A stretch of 62,597 bases of DNA, counting the filler. It is 8 parts of 8 records of this genome, joined end to end, with 100 filler letters (N's around TTAATTAATTAA, not from the genome) between each part and the next. Parts side by side here need not be neighbours in the genome. Positions count along the whole stretch, not along the records: positions 1 to 14,501 come from SRR31147125_53344; positions 14,602 to 21,867 come from SRR31147125_53411; positions 21,968 to 31,049 come from SRR31147125_53422; 5 more parts are not named here. The stretch is one strand, 5' to 3'. The first letter of the stretch is position 1. Each line of letters opens with the position of its first letter. A program made the position numbers and the translations under genes. Under the pieces are notes generated by a model, which had not been told where the DNA came from, ran no database searches, and was given only the letters and a program-made list of their open reading frames with translations. This document shows positions 11,730 to 22,057 of this stretch, piece after piece.

Positions 11730-11844
11730 ATGAAAATTAAATAGTGTCTTGATCTTTTCTGCAAAATACCCTTAACAACCTGTATTGTTGCAGAGATAGG
11801 TCCTCTCGGGAGGAGCGAATTTCAAGGTTCGAGCTGATAGCGGT

Positions 11845-12351
11845 ATGCTGAAAAAAGTATTCAAAACCATCGACCGCAGTTTTCTCTTTGTTGAGGAGTG
11901 GTCGTTATTCATAGCCGTAAGCGTTGCGCTGCTGACCGCGATGGCAAACGTCGTGCTGAGAAAGGTTACCGACGATTACAGTCTGTACTGGTCTGATGAA
12001 GTGGTGCGCAAGGTTATTTATTTTTCCACCTATATCGGCTGCGTCGCGGCGATCCGCGGCCGCTCTCTGATTCGCGTCGATGCGTTGCCGCAGCTCTTTC
12101 CGTTTCTGCGCAAAACGCTGGTGTTGGTGTCGCATGGCGGGGTCTTGGTTTTTGCGGCGATCATGATCTGGTTCGGCACCCAGATGACAACCATGATGTA
12201 CCACGATGAATACGCCAGGACCGCAACGCTGCGCTTGCCGGAGTGGCCGTTATACGCAGTGCTGCCGGTGATGGGCGTGATGATGTTCGTGCGGACGCTG
12301 ATCACCGTGTACGAAGATGTGACCGGTTCTGACATTACGGGGGACAACTGA
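11845..12351 (+). CDS. dctQ: TRAP transporter small permease
   Basis: Four TM segments, WSDEVVR; position between dctP and dctM. Confidence 0.85.
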   Translation: MLKKVFKTIDRSFLFVEEWSLFIAVSVALLTAMANVVLRKVTDDYSLYWSDEVVRKVIYFSTYIGCVAAIRGRSLIRVDALPQLFPFLRKTLVLVSHGGVLVFAAIMIWFGTQMTTMMYHDEYARTATLRLPEWPLYAVLPVMGVMMFVRTLITVYEDVTGSDITGDN

Positions 12352-12354
12352 TCG

Positions 12355-13641
12355 ATGGATACCAGCTATCTTATCATCGTCGCGGTTCTGCTCGGGTGTC
12401 TGGCGTCGTCCATCCCGGTATTCATCGCCTTGTTCTTTACCGGCACGATCGGTCTCGTCTACATGGTCGGAATCGACCCGCAGATCGTCATCGAGGTGCT
12501 CTACCGCAGCATGGACAAATTCGCGCTGATCGTCGTGCTGTTTTTCGTGCTGTGCGGCAACATCATGACGACCGGCTCCATCGTCGAGAAACTCATCAAG
12601 GCCGCCAATGTGATGGTGGGCTTTTTGCCCGGTGGACTGGCCATGGCCGGGGTACTCGCCTGCGGTTTTTTCGGCGCGATTTCGGGATCGACGGTTGCCA
12701 CCGTCGTGGCGATCGGAAGCTTCATGATCCCGGCGCTGATCGAGAACAAATACGATGAGAAATTCTCGGTCGGCCTGATGACCACCGCCCCGATCCTCGG
12801 AGTTATCGTACCACCGTCGATTGCGATGATCCTCTATGCAATGGTCAGCAACGACCAGCTCGAGGCGCTCTTCCTCACCGGTTTTATCCCGGGTGTTTGC
12901 ATCATGCTGGCGATGAGCCTCTACGCCTATTTCTTCTGCAAAAAGATGGGGATGACGAGACGCTCGCGGCCCACGCTGTCGGAAGTGGTGTCGACGTTCA
13001 AGGAGAGCATCTGGGCGCTGTTTTTGCCGGTCCTGATTTTCGGCGGCATCTACTCCGGCCTGTTCACCGCGAATGAAGCGGCCGTGGTTGCGTGCTTCTA
13101 CGCGTTTTTCGTAGAAACCTGTATCCATCGGGATATGAAATTCGTCGCGCTCAAGCGGGTGGTCGTGCAGTCGGCGATGACCTCGGCGACCCTGCTCGTC
13201 ATCGTGGCGGGCGCCTCGGTATTCGGCGAATACCTGACGTTCGAGCAGATACCGGGCAAAATTGCCACGGTGGTGGTGGACAATATTTCCTCCCAGTGGG
13301 TGTTCCTGCTGTCAGTTAATGTGCTGTTGCTCATTATCGGTATGTTCATGGACATCATTTCCGCTACCCTGATCCTGACGCCGATCTTCCTGCCCCTGCT
13401 CGCCAAGTTCGGTATCGATACGATGCACTTCGGCCTCTTGATGACCATCAATCTCGGCATCGGCTATTGTACGCCGCCGCTCGGGGTCAGCCTCTATATA
13501 TCCGGGGCGACGGTGAACAAGGATATCGTCTATGTTTCCAAGGCGGTGATGCCGTTTTTACTGATACAGATAGGAATTCTGCTGATTATGACATTCTGGC
13601 CTGGCCTGGTGCTGCTGCTGCCCAGGCTGGTCTACGGCTAG
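12355..13641 (+). CDS. dctM: TRAP transporter large permease
   Basis: FGAISGS, GVIVPPSIAMILY, FTANEAA, IGYCTPPLG. Confidence 0.92.
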   Translation: MDTSYLIIVAVLLGCLASSIPVFIALFFTGTIGLVYMVGIDPQIVIEVLYRSMDKFALIVVLFFVLCGNIMTTGSIVEKLIKAANVMVGFLPGGLAMAGVLACGFFGAISGSTVATVVAIGSFMIPALIENKYDEKFSVGLMTTAPILGVIVPPSIAMILYAMVSNDQLEALFLTGFIPGVCIMLAMSLYAYFFCKKMGMTRRSRPTLSEVVSTFKESIWALFLPVLIFGGIYSGLFTANEAAVVACFYAFFVETCIHRDMKFVALKRVVVQSAMTSATLLVIVAGASVFGEYLTFEQIPGKIATVVVDNISSQWVFLLSVNVLLLIIGMFMDIISATLILTPIFLPLLAKFGIDTMHFGLLMTINLGIGYCTPPLGVSLYISGATVNKDIVYVSKAVMPFLLIQIGILLIMTFWPGLVLLLPRLVYG

Positions 13642-13678
13642 CTGGATGCCATAGGAATAACGCACAGGAGACCCCATT

Positions 13679-14107
13679 ATGGACCTCAAAATACTCGTAC
13701 CGGTCAACGACTCAGCGACGGCCCGGTCTACCGTTTATTCAATTATCAGGCTCAAGGAACGGTTCCCCCGGCAGTTGACCCTGCTCTACGTTATCGACAA
13801 GGGACTGCTGAACTACAAGATGATTCCGGATATCCAGCTGGACATGGTGCGGGAAAACGCGGAGAAGGCGGGGGTGAAACTGCTTGGGAAATACACGACC
13901 ACGCTGGAGGAGGCGGGGTTCGAGCTGGAGACGAGAATCGATTTCGGTACCCCGCAGCGGGTGATCTCGGAGATCGCCGACCGGGACGGGTTCGACCTCA
14001 TCGTGATCGGCAGGCACGAGCGTGGCGGCCAGATCCGCAACGTGCTGTTCGGATCGGTGGCCAGCTATGTTCTCCACAACGTTTCCTGTCCGGTATTGCT
14101 TTTCTGA
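13679..14107 (+). CDS. Universal stress protein
   Basis: KILVPV, DLIVIG..LFGSVASYVLHNVSCPVL. Confidence 0.9.
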   Translation: MDLKILVPVNDSATARSTVYSIIRLKERFPRQLTLLYVIDKGLLNYKMIPDIQLDMVRENAEKAGVKLLGKYTTTLEEAGFELETRIDFGTPQRVISEIADRDGFDLIVIGRHERGGQIRNVLFGSVASYVLHNVSCPVLLF

Positions 14108-14214
14108 GCGGTTTACGGGCCAGACGCACTGCTGTTATCCGGGGAACAATGCTTATTGTCTGTGACGAAAGCGGTTAATCTGAAACTGCGAGAGATATTT
14201 CGAAGGAAGATATC

Positions 14215-14421
14215 ATGGGAAAAGACAAACTGGCCGAGCTGAGAGAAGAATGGTACAGCGACCCGAATTCAGAGCCGGAGACGGTTGAGGAAGAAGTGGA
14301 CGACGAGTTCCTGGCCCTTAATATTCTTTTCAAGGCCAGAGGGGTAACGGTCGCCGGGGACGAAAGCGTTAACGTGAATACCACTGATCCTGAAGGAGGA
14401 TCAGGTGAACCATCCGAATAA
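14215..14421 (+). CDS. Small acidic hypothetical protein
   Basis: 68-aa ORF with an AAGGAAG ribosome-binding site; no recognisable motif. Confidence 0.45.
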   Translation: MGKDKLAELREEWYSDPNSEPETVEEEVDDEFLALNILFKARGVTVAGDESVNVNTTDPEGGSGEPSE

Positions 14422-14501
14422 TTGCCATCGCAGATGTGCGCCCTCAGGGTGAATCCGGGAGACAGATGTAATCATGGGCTAGCGGACTGCCCTGTACCCC
14501 C

Positions 14502-14601
14502 NNNNNNNNNNNNNNNNNNNNNNNNNNNNNNNNNNNNNNNNNNNNTTAATTAATTAANNNNNNNNNNNNNNNNNNNNNNNNNNNNNNNNNNNNNNNNNNN
14601 N
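14502..14601. other. Artificial contig spacer
   Basis: N-run, TTAATTAATTAA, N-run (100 nt). Confidence 0.99.
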
Positions 14602-15490
14602 AAAAATCGAACCGTCCCGGCTCTTCCTCCAGATGCGCCGTGAGGCGGTATCCGGCGGTAAGGCACCCCTGCCTGATCACAAGCGCCTCCTCTCCTACGA
14701 ACGAATCGGTTTGTCCACCCTGTTCACGCTCTCCGCACTCCCGGACAAATCCCGCACGGTCTTCTTTCCCGGTTGCGCCCTCGCCGGTACGAGACCCGGT
14801 CAGACGCTGCGCATCTTCGAGATGCTCCAAGAAGATATTCCCGATCTCGGTATCGTGCTGAACTGCTGCGCCAAACCCTCCCACGACCTCGGCCGCAGCG
14901 ACTTCTTTAATACCGCCTTCGGGAAGCTGCGCGACCTGCTCACCGACCGCGGCATCGATTCGGTGATCACCGCCTGCCCAAGCTGTCACCATGTCTTCGA
15001 GACGTACGGTGACGGCCTGAACGTGATCTCGGTCTACGAGCTGCTCGCAGACAGAGGCGACCTGCCCGGCCTGAACCGCCCCATCCCCGCCACGCTCCAT
15101 GACCCCTGCGCGACCAGGTTCAATACCGAAATCCACGAAAAGACGAGAATGCTCGCAGCAAACCTCGGAGTCGAGCTGAAAGAGATGAAACACCGCTCCA
15201 AGCGCACGCTGTGCTGCGGCGAAGGTGGCGCCGCCTGTTTCATCGCCCCCGATATAACGAAGACCTGGGCGCAGAAGCGGCAGGAACAGGCAGGGGGACT
15301 GCCGGTACTGACCTATTGTGCCGGCTGTGTGGCCCTCTTTTCACGAACGTTCCAGACGATCCACCTGATCGACCTGCTCCTCGATCCGGACGCGGCACTG
15401 AAGGGAGACACCAGGACCAGCACCTTTCCATTCACGTACCTCAACCGCCTGCGCCTGAAGTGGAAGCTCAAAATGGTGATGCAAAAATGA
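14602..15490 (+). CDS. CCG-domain Fe-S oxidoreductase (HdrD/GlpC-like), 5' partial
   Basis: FFPGC, NCCAKP, TACPSC, HDPC, LCCGEGG, TYCAGC. Confidence 0.85.
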
Positions 15491-15654
15491 AGATGGGCAG
15501 GGCCGGGGGACTGATTATCATCACCATACTAGCTGTGCTGCTGATGGCCTGCGGCCTCACCATGGCGTTCGGCCTCCACAACGTTAGCAAGATACTTTTC
15601 CTGGTAGTCGTTACCTTTCTTACAGGTATCTGGATTGTTATAAGGAAAAAATAG
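15487..15654 (+). CDS. Small two-TM membrane protein
   Basis: 55-aa hydrophobic ORF (MKMGRAGG..IVIRKK) overlapping the upstream stop (ATGA). Confidence 0.5.
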   Translation: MKMGRAGGLIIITILAVLLMACGLTMAFGLHNVSKILFLVVVTFLTGIWIVIRKK

Positions 15655-15810
15655 AGCTAAGGGGGCAGCTCCCTATTTTCGGCTCGGTTTTACAAGATTT
15701 TGGTTTCTTTTGACAATCACCGCATTATGTGTTCTGTGCTGTCGCAGGAATCGGTGGAGGGGATTGTTCTTTTTTTGTCCAGCCATGTATCAACGGAGTC
15801 GGGAGTTAGG

Positions 15811-16197
15811 ACCGCCGACTCCGGCGTGCTCACCCAAGTGCGCGAGGAGATTTACCAGGCCAGTCAGAAGATCCAGGAGCTCTCCAAGAAATACGGCCCG
15901 AAGCATCCGCTGATGATCAAGGCCAATGACGATAGCAAAGAGCTCAAAAACGAGAAACGCTTCGAGATCAAGCGCATCGTCGACGCCACCAAAAACGCCT
16001 ACAACCTCGCAGCATCCAAGGAGGATAGCCTCCATGAGCTGCTGACCGCGACCAAGCAGGAAGTCTTCAACCTCAACGAGAAATTCATCCATTACTCGAT
16101 CCTCAAGCGCGAGGTGGACGCTAACGCCAACATCCTCGGCTTCGTCATCAACGCACTGAAGAAATCCGAATCCTCTACCTACTATTCCGCGTACTAG
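15811..16197 (+). pseudogene. Internally deleted remnant of a Wzc/GumC polysaccharide tyrosine autokinase
   Basis: Periplasmic coiled-coil segment (KYGPKHP..YSILKREVDAN) fused directly to a Wzc-type C-terminus (ANILGFVIN..YYSAY); no start codon, TM helices or kinase domain. Confidence 0.65.
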
Positions 16198-16235
16198 AAA
16201 AAGGGGTCGCAGGGAGGGGGCAGTCCCGTCCTTTC

Positions 16236-17099
16236 CTACGGAGGACTCATCCCGATTTGTTTTGCAAGTGCCAGGATCCTTCGGGCGGACTTAACCACCG
16301 GTGCATCAACCATGCGGCCGTCGACAACAATTGCACCATTGTCGGCGGATTCAGCAGCCTCAACTATTTTCAGCGCTTGAGAGAATTCCTCGTCCGTCGG
16401 AGAGAAGACGTTGTTTACCGTTTCGAGTTGGGCCGGATGAATGCACAATTTGCCGCTGAAGCCAAATCGTTTCGCATTAACGCACTCTTCTTCAAGGAGT
16501 TGACGGTCTTTAATCACTATGTGTGGCGAATCGATGACCGGGATTCCGGCATAACCGCCGGCACTGATCATCGTTCTCCGATACCCGGCCAGAGTCTCCC
16601 ACGATAGTTCGCAGCCCAGTTCAGCTGCAAGATCGACAGCGCCCAGCATAATGCCGGCGATTCTGTCACTACCTCCGGCAATGCGGTTTGCATTTGACAG
16701 TCCTTTTGCAGATTCGATCAGAACCAGGAGATTGCAGTCTATATTGCAATCTCTCAATAATTCGTCGTACACCTCTATTTCATCGGCAGATTCCACTTTC
16801 GGCAGGATAAGCAGATCCGGTCTGACCGGCATTTCGGCGATGGCCAGCAGGTCGGCCAATCCATGCCGGGTCGTTATCCGGTTGATCCTGATGGCTGTTT
16901 CCCGCCGCTCAAAGGAGGTGCCGGTCAAAATATCCGCTACATTTTCTCTGGCCTGTGCTTTGTGTTGAATCGACACGCCGTCTTCAAGCTCCAGTATCAC
17001 CACATCCGCCGATGACCCGGCGGCCTTGGCAACAAGTTCGGGTTTGTCTGCGGGCGCAAACAGCAAGCTCCTTCTGACTCGATTACTCGTCGTGTCCAT
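16236..17099 (-). CDS. CitE/HpcH-family CoA-ester lyase (citramalyl/malyl-CoA lyase-like)
   Basis: RRSLLFAPA, ILELEDGV, IRIN, LPKVES, LIES, GKLCIHPAQ, GRMVDAP. Confidence 0.9.
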   Translation of the reverse strand: MDTTSNRVRRSLLFAPADKPELVAKAAGSSADVVILELEDGVSIQHKAQARENVADILTGTSFERRETAIRINRITTRHGLADLLAIAEMPVRPDLLILPKVESADEIEVYDELLRDCNIDCNLLVLIESAKGLSNANRIAGGSDRIAGIMLGAVDLAAELGCELSWETLAGYRRTMISAGGYAGIPVIDSPHIVIKDRQLLEEECVNAKRFGFSGKLCIHPAQLETVNNVFSPTDEEFSQALKIVEAAESADNGAIVVDGRMVDAPVVKSARRILALAKQIGMSPP

Positions 17100-17116
17100 A
17101 TGGTTTCCGCTGCTCC

Positions 17117-17620
17117 TTATTCCGTGGTTCCATAAACCGGCAGTTTCCCGTCATCGTACCCCCGGCGTTTGATCAATATGGCCCGGCGGTAAGACATGAT
17201 GAGAGTGTTTTCATGGTTATATCCTCTCGTTTCGAATCTGAGGATTCCCGCCTTCGGTCGTGACTTTGATTCGCGGGTTTCCAGTATCTCGGATTCGGCG
17301 TACAGCGTATCGCCTATGAATACCGGGCCGGGAAGTTTGATGTCCTCCCAGCCGAGATTTGCTATCGCGGTCTGACTCGTATCCCAGACGCTCATCCCCA
17401 CTACGATTGAAAGTGTCAACGTGCTGTTGACCAGAGGCTTTGCAAACATCTGTGAGCCTGCATAATTATAATCAAAATGGATGGGGTGTTTGTTCATGGT
17501 CAAGAGGGTGAACCATGTATTATCGGTCTCGCTGATTGTCCTCCCTGGCCAGTGCTTGTAGATATCCCCCACAGAGAAATCCTCAAAATATTTGCCCACG
17601 TAGGGTTGATGGATAGTCAT
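17117..17620 (-). CDS. MaoC-family (R)-specific acyl-CoA hydratase/dehydratase
   Basis: YFEDF..HWPGRTISETDN..TMNKHPIHFD..NLGW..PVFIGDTLYAES. Confidence 0.9.
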   Translation of the reverse strand: MTIHQPYVGKYFEDFSVGDIYKHWPGRTISETDNTWFTLLTMNKHPIHFDYNYAGSQMFAKPLVNSTLTLSIVVGMSVWDTSQTAIANLGWEDIKLPGPVFIGDTLYAESEILETRESKSRPKAGILRFETRGYNHENTLIMSYRRAILIKRRGYDDGKLPVYGTTE

Positions 17621-17660
17621 CAGATGAACCTCCTCGTTCCAGTTACGTTCACTGTTGGAT

Positions 17661-18941
17661 TTAAAAGAGCGGCGTAAACATTTTGTCCGGCAGCCAGGTC
17701 GATACCTCTGGAAAGAAAATCAGGAAAAACAGCATTGCCATAACAGCGAAAAAAAATGGGATAACCCCCTTGAGGATCGTCTCGAGCGGTACTTTGGTTA
17801 CACCGGCCACACCATACAGCGTTGCGCCGATCGGCGGTGTCACAGCTCCGAGCTCACAATTCATTACAATGAGGATGCCCAGCGCCACCGGATCGACTCC
17901 CATCGCTATCATCGTCGGCAGGACGACTGGGACTGTCAGCCCGATCATGCCGCCTGCATCGACAAAACATCCCAGAACCATAAGGATGATCATATAGACG
18001 AAAATGAAGTGCAGGTGGCTCAGACCCAGGTCAATCACGTATTGCGTTATTTTCTGGGGCACATATTCATTGGCGAGAATTCCATTGAATAGACCGACAC
18101 CTCCCAGCAGGAAAAAGCACATCGCCGTCACTCTTAGAGACTGCGTCATAATTTCAGGTAAGTTCCTGATGAACCGGACCCTGTCGAACAGCAACCCGTA
18201 GAGGATTGCATAGGCGCAGGCAACAGCCCCCGCTTCGGTGGGAGCAAAAACACCGCCGTAAAGTCCGCCAAGAACAATGGCAGGCATCAACAAGCCGGGG
18301 ATCGATGAGGGAAACGACCGGGCTATCCGTGACCACTCAACTTTTTCAGTTTCCAGCCCCAGTCGCCTGGCCTGAACGATAATGACGATTATCAGCACGC
18401 CGCCGAGAATTATTCCGGGAACAATACCCGCGATAAACAATTTGCTGATGCTTTCGTCCGCGATAACCCCATAGAGAATCAGTGGCCATGAAGGGGGAAT
18501 CAGTATGCCCAGAGTGCCACCCATGGTGATGATTGCCGTTGCGAGGGAATCGGGATAACCATGCTGCTTCATTATCGGGTACGCGATCAGGCCCAGGGCA
18601 GAGGCCTCGGCCAGGCTGGACCCGGTAAATGCGGCAAAAATCACCGCCGTTACCATGGTCGCCACCCCAAGACCTCCCGGGACCCACTTCAGTAATTCGT
18701 GAAAGAACCGGAACAGCTTTTCGATCAAATCGGTATGGCCCATTATGAAACCTGCTGTCACGAAAAACGGCACTGCCAGCAGGCTGTACTTGTGCAGGAA
18801 AAAAAGGAAGTTCTGGCCGATGATCGTTGCCGGGTAATCAGTCAACAGCAGGACATGGATCATGCTGCTTCCCGTCAGGCATAATCCGATAGGAACACTG
18901 AGGGCTAAAAATACAAACAGGCTGCTGAACAGGATGAACAT
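17661..18941 (-). CDS. dctM: TRAP transporter large permease
   Basis: LLAVPFF, TGSSLAE, LGILIPPS, APTEAGA, VTPPIG. Confidence 0.92.
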   Translation of the reverse strand: MFILFSSLFVFLALSVPIGLCLTGSSMIHVLLLTDYPATIIGQNFLFFLHKYSLLAVPFFVTAGFIMGHTDLIEKLFRFFHELLKWVPGGLGVATMVTAVIFAAFTGSSLAEASALGLIAYPIMKQHGYPDSLATAIITMGGTLGILIPPSWPLILYGVIADESISKLFIAGIVPGIILGGVLIIVIIVQARRLGLETEKVEWSRIARSFPSSIPGLLMPAIVLGGLYGGVFAPTEAGAVACAYAILYGLLFDRVRFIRNLPEIMTQSLRVTAMCFFLLGGVGLFNGILANEYVPQKITQYVIDLGLSHLHFIFVYMIILMVLGCFVDAGGMIGLTVPVVLPTMIAMGVDPVALGILIVMNCELGAVTPPIGATLYGVAGVTKVPLETILKGVIPFFFAVMAMLFFLIFFPEVSTWLPDKMFTPLF

Positions 18942-18944
18942 CGC

Positions 18945-19451
18945 CTACCTCGAAAATTGTTTTAACCGGGTAAAAAAGACAATCAATAAATCAACAGCCA
19001 GGAAAACAAAGCCGATCACAAGGACCAGGTAGAAAGGCCAGATCAGCAGGTCTGCACTTTCAGTTGTCCGCCCAAAATCATAGCCGGATTTGACAAAATC
19101 AATCCCGCACCAGATGAAGGCGACACATATCACAAATCCTGTCGCAAAAGCTGTCAGTTCAATAATCCGTGCTATCCGCTCGTATCCTGCGCCTTTCCGG
19201 TACAGTAGTTCCAGGATCAGAGTAAGACGAATATGAGAATTGCTTCTCAGCGCTACGCTGAAATACAAAAATATAATTGCCATATGCCCATAGACGGCAA
19301 CATCCTGATACCAGATGAACGTATCGCCAAACAGGTAGCGTCTTACAACTTCGATAAATGCGAGCAGAATGATCGCCAGCAAACCGTAACGGCTGATATT
19401 TTCGATTACGACATCTTGCCAGAATGTCCAGATCTTGCCTAAGGTCGCCAT
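18945..19451 (-). CDS. dctQ: TRAP transporter small permease
   Basis: EVVRRYLF, SHIRL, four TM segments. Confidence 0.85.
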   Translation of the reverse strand: MATLGKIWTFWQDVVIENISRYGLLAIILLAFIEVVRRYLFGDTFIWYQDVAVYGHMAIIFLYFSVALRSNSHIRLTLILELLYRKGAGYERIARIIELTAFATGFVICVAFIWCGIDFVKSGYDFGRTTESADLLIWPFYLVLVIGFVFLAVDLLIVFFTRLKQFSR

Positions 19452-19537
19452 GGGTCGGTTGTCCTGGTATGTTCAGGTTGATGATTGTACAAAAAGACGA
19501 TGGCTGACGTGCGCAGAGCCATCGTCTTGAGAGGTTT

Positions 19538-20557
19538 TTACAGTTCTTTGCTTATCCGAATTGACATATCGAGGGCCTGGGGACCCTGTGCACCGATCTT
19601 CTTTTCAATGACTTTCCGGACCGGCTCTATCCATGTTTCCTTGTAGGGTGCCAGTTCTTCGTCGGTCAGCAGGTAAAATCCAGGTGCCGAGGGATCTTTC
19701 GTGCCGAGTTTCTCGATATCGGCCTGATCCTTTTGATACTGCCACTCCATCTGCTTACTGGCGGCCTCTTCAGCCGTTTGCTGCACTGCTTCCCGGGTTG
19801 CCTTATCAAGCCCGTTCCACCATTTCTCGGCAACCAGGAATATGTAGTAATCCGGTATCATCCCGATGGACGTAAAATAGGGCAGCGTTTCCTTTACTTT
19901 GCCCCAACTGCTCAGGCTGGTAAAACCGGCATCCACGACACCGCTCTGGGCGGATGGAACGAATTCTCCCCAGGGCATGACAACGGGATTTCCGCCCAGT
20001 GTCTTTACCATCGCCAGTTGGGTGTGCTTTTCGTAGACGCGCACTTTCTTGCCTTTCCAGTCAGCCGGTTGGTAGATCCTTTCACGTGACCCGATGCCGA
20101 TAAACGGGCTGAGGTTTCCCCAGGATAACAGCACAAATCCTTTCTGTGCCGCTGCCTCTGAAATGAACGCACCGATTTCTGTCTGGGGAATTTTCTGCAC
20201 CTGTTCGTAACTGCTGAACAATGACGGCATTCTCAGGCACAGTCCGTTTGGTATAATTCCGGAAATTTTGCTCAATGTCGCCCAGCACGATTCAAGGGTG
20301 CCGGCATGCATTGCCTCCAGCGAATCCGCGTTGTTGTAGAGCGAACTGGCGTTAAAGACTTTCACCTCACTTCCCGGCAGCTTCTTCTTCAACTCCTCCG
20401 CAAACCACGAAGCGGCTTTTCCCTGCGGCATTGTTTCAGGGGTATCGGTTGTCAATCTCATCGAGAATCCGCCCCCGAAAGCAACGCCGTTGAAGATCAA
20501 CATCATAGAGATGATACACAAGATAGAAATTACCCTTCTGCTGCTGATGCGTTTCAT
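19538..20557 (-). CDS. dctP: TRAP transporter substrate-binding protein
   Basis: Signal peptide, DWKGKKVRV, MPWGEF..SGVVDA. Confidence 0.88.
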   Translation of the reverse strand: MKRISSRRVISILCIISMMLIFNGVAFGGGFSMRLTTDTPETMPQGKAASWFAEELKKKLPGSEVKVFNASSLYNNADSLEAMHAGTLESCWATLSKISGIIPNGLCLRMPSLFSSYEQVQKIPQTEIGAFISEAAAQKGFVLLSWGNLSPFIGIGSRERIYQPADWKGKKVRVYEKHTQLAMVKTLGGNPVVMPWGEFVPSAQSGVVDAGFTSLSSWGKVKETLPYFTSIGMIPDYYIFLVAEKWWNGLDKATREAVQQTAEEAASKQMEWQYQKDQADIEKLGTKDPSAPGFYLLTDEELAPYKETWIEPVRKVIEKKIGAQGPQALDMSIRISKEL

Positions 20558-20620
20558 AGCCTCCTCCTTGCATTGAAAATAATTGACCGTGTTGCGCTCC
20601 CGTTTACGTGGTGCGGCTCG

Positions 20621-21813
20621 CTATATCGTTCCGCTTTTCTTGAACTGTTGAATGTCCTGTTGGCTGAATCCTCCCAGGGTTTCCAGCAACTCCTCCGTAT
20701 TGGCTCCAAGTGCTGACCCGGGATGGAAGTGGGAATCGTAGTTGCTCATGCTGAAAGGAGGGCCGGTCTGCCTGATGGTTCCGAGCGTGGGGTGGTCGTA
20801 TTCCACTATCAGCCCCAATGCTTCAACCTGCTGGTCCTGCAGGGCTTCGGGGATAGTGTTGACCGGCGCTACGGGCACCTCTCCCTCCAGTAAGTGCAAC
20901 CACTCCTGAGTGCTGCGGGTCTTGAAATGATCGGTGAGAATTGCGAGGAGTTCTTCCCGGTTCTGATATCGGTCTGGTATGGTTTTAAAACGGGCGTCCT
21001 CCTGTAGTTCGGGCAGCCCTATCCGATCGACAAGGGAAACAAAGAATTTGTCCTGCTGTGCCATTACCATGAGCCAGCTGTCCGATGTTTGAAACAGTTG
21101 TGATGGAACGATGCTCTGGTGAGCACCCAGGGGGAATTTCCTGGGCTCCCATCCGGTCGTTAAATGCCACGAATTAAGGTAGTTGGCATAGCTTATCGCA
21201 ATTTCCAGAAGGCTGGTATCCACTGTACAGCCGTACCCGGTTATACGGGCCTGGTGGATTCCGGCAAGGATGAGAAAGGCGGCATTTGTTCCAGCGGCCA
21301 TGTCTATTACCGAAACGCCGCACCGGGCCGGGGGCCATCCGGTTCCCCGCCCATCCAGGCCATTCCGGATAAGGCCTGGACCAGATAGTCGTATCCCGGA
21401 TACCCTTTGCGGGGCCCCGTGCGGCCATAACCGGTCAGGAAACAACAGACAAGTTTAGGGTTGTATTTTTTCAGGTGGTCGTAAGTGAGCCCCATTTTTT
21501 CAGGCATGGTGCCCTTGGGGTTGGCAAATAACACATCAACTTCAGGGAGCAGTCGGTAGAAAATCTCCATACCGCCCGGTTTTCTCAAATCAAGCGTGAT
21601 GCTTTTTTTGCCCCGGTTCAGGCACTGGAAAAAGAGGCTGTCTCCATCACTGGCACCGGGGGGAATCTGGCGGGAAATATCACCGGCAGAAGGGGGTTCG
21701 ATCTTGATTATTTCTGCCCCCATATCCGCTAACTGCAACGTTGCCCACGGGCCGGCGCCATAAGATTCTATTGCCAGTACCCGGATGTCGGCTAAAGGTT
21801 TTCTCTTTGACAT
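20621..21813 (-). CDS. CaiB/BaiF (family III) CoA-transferase, apparent frameshift near 21330
   Basis: AGPWATLQLADMGAEIIKIEPP..GD..R, NRGKKSITLDL, GYDYLVQALSG; C-terminal half in the next frame. Confidence 0.9.
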
Positions 21814-21867
21814 AGCGCTCTCCTCAGAACAGGGAAGATCCAAAACACATACATTCACGAGAAAAAA

Positions 21868-21967
21868 NNNNNNNNNNNNNNNNNNNNNNNNNNNNNNNNN
21901 NNNNNNNNNNNTTAATTAATTAANNNNNNNNNNNNNNNNNNNNNNNNNNNNNNNNNNNNNNNNNNNN
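21868..21967. other. Artificial contig spacer
   Basis: N-run with TTAATTAATTAA. Confidence 0.99.
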
Positions 21968-22057
21968 TTTTTTTTCATTTTCTTCTTTGGCTTTATATTT
22001 AAATGATAAAGAGGGGGACCGGGCTGCATCCCCCTCCTTTAAGGCTGATGTCTTTAT

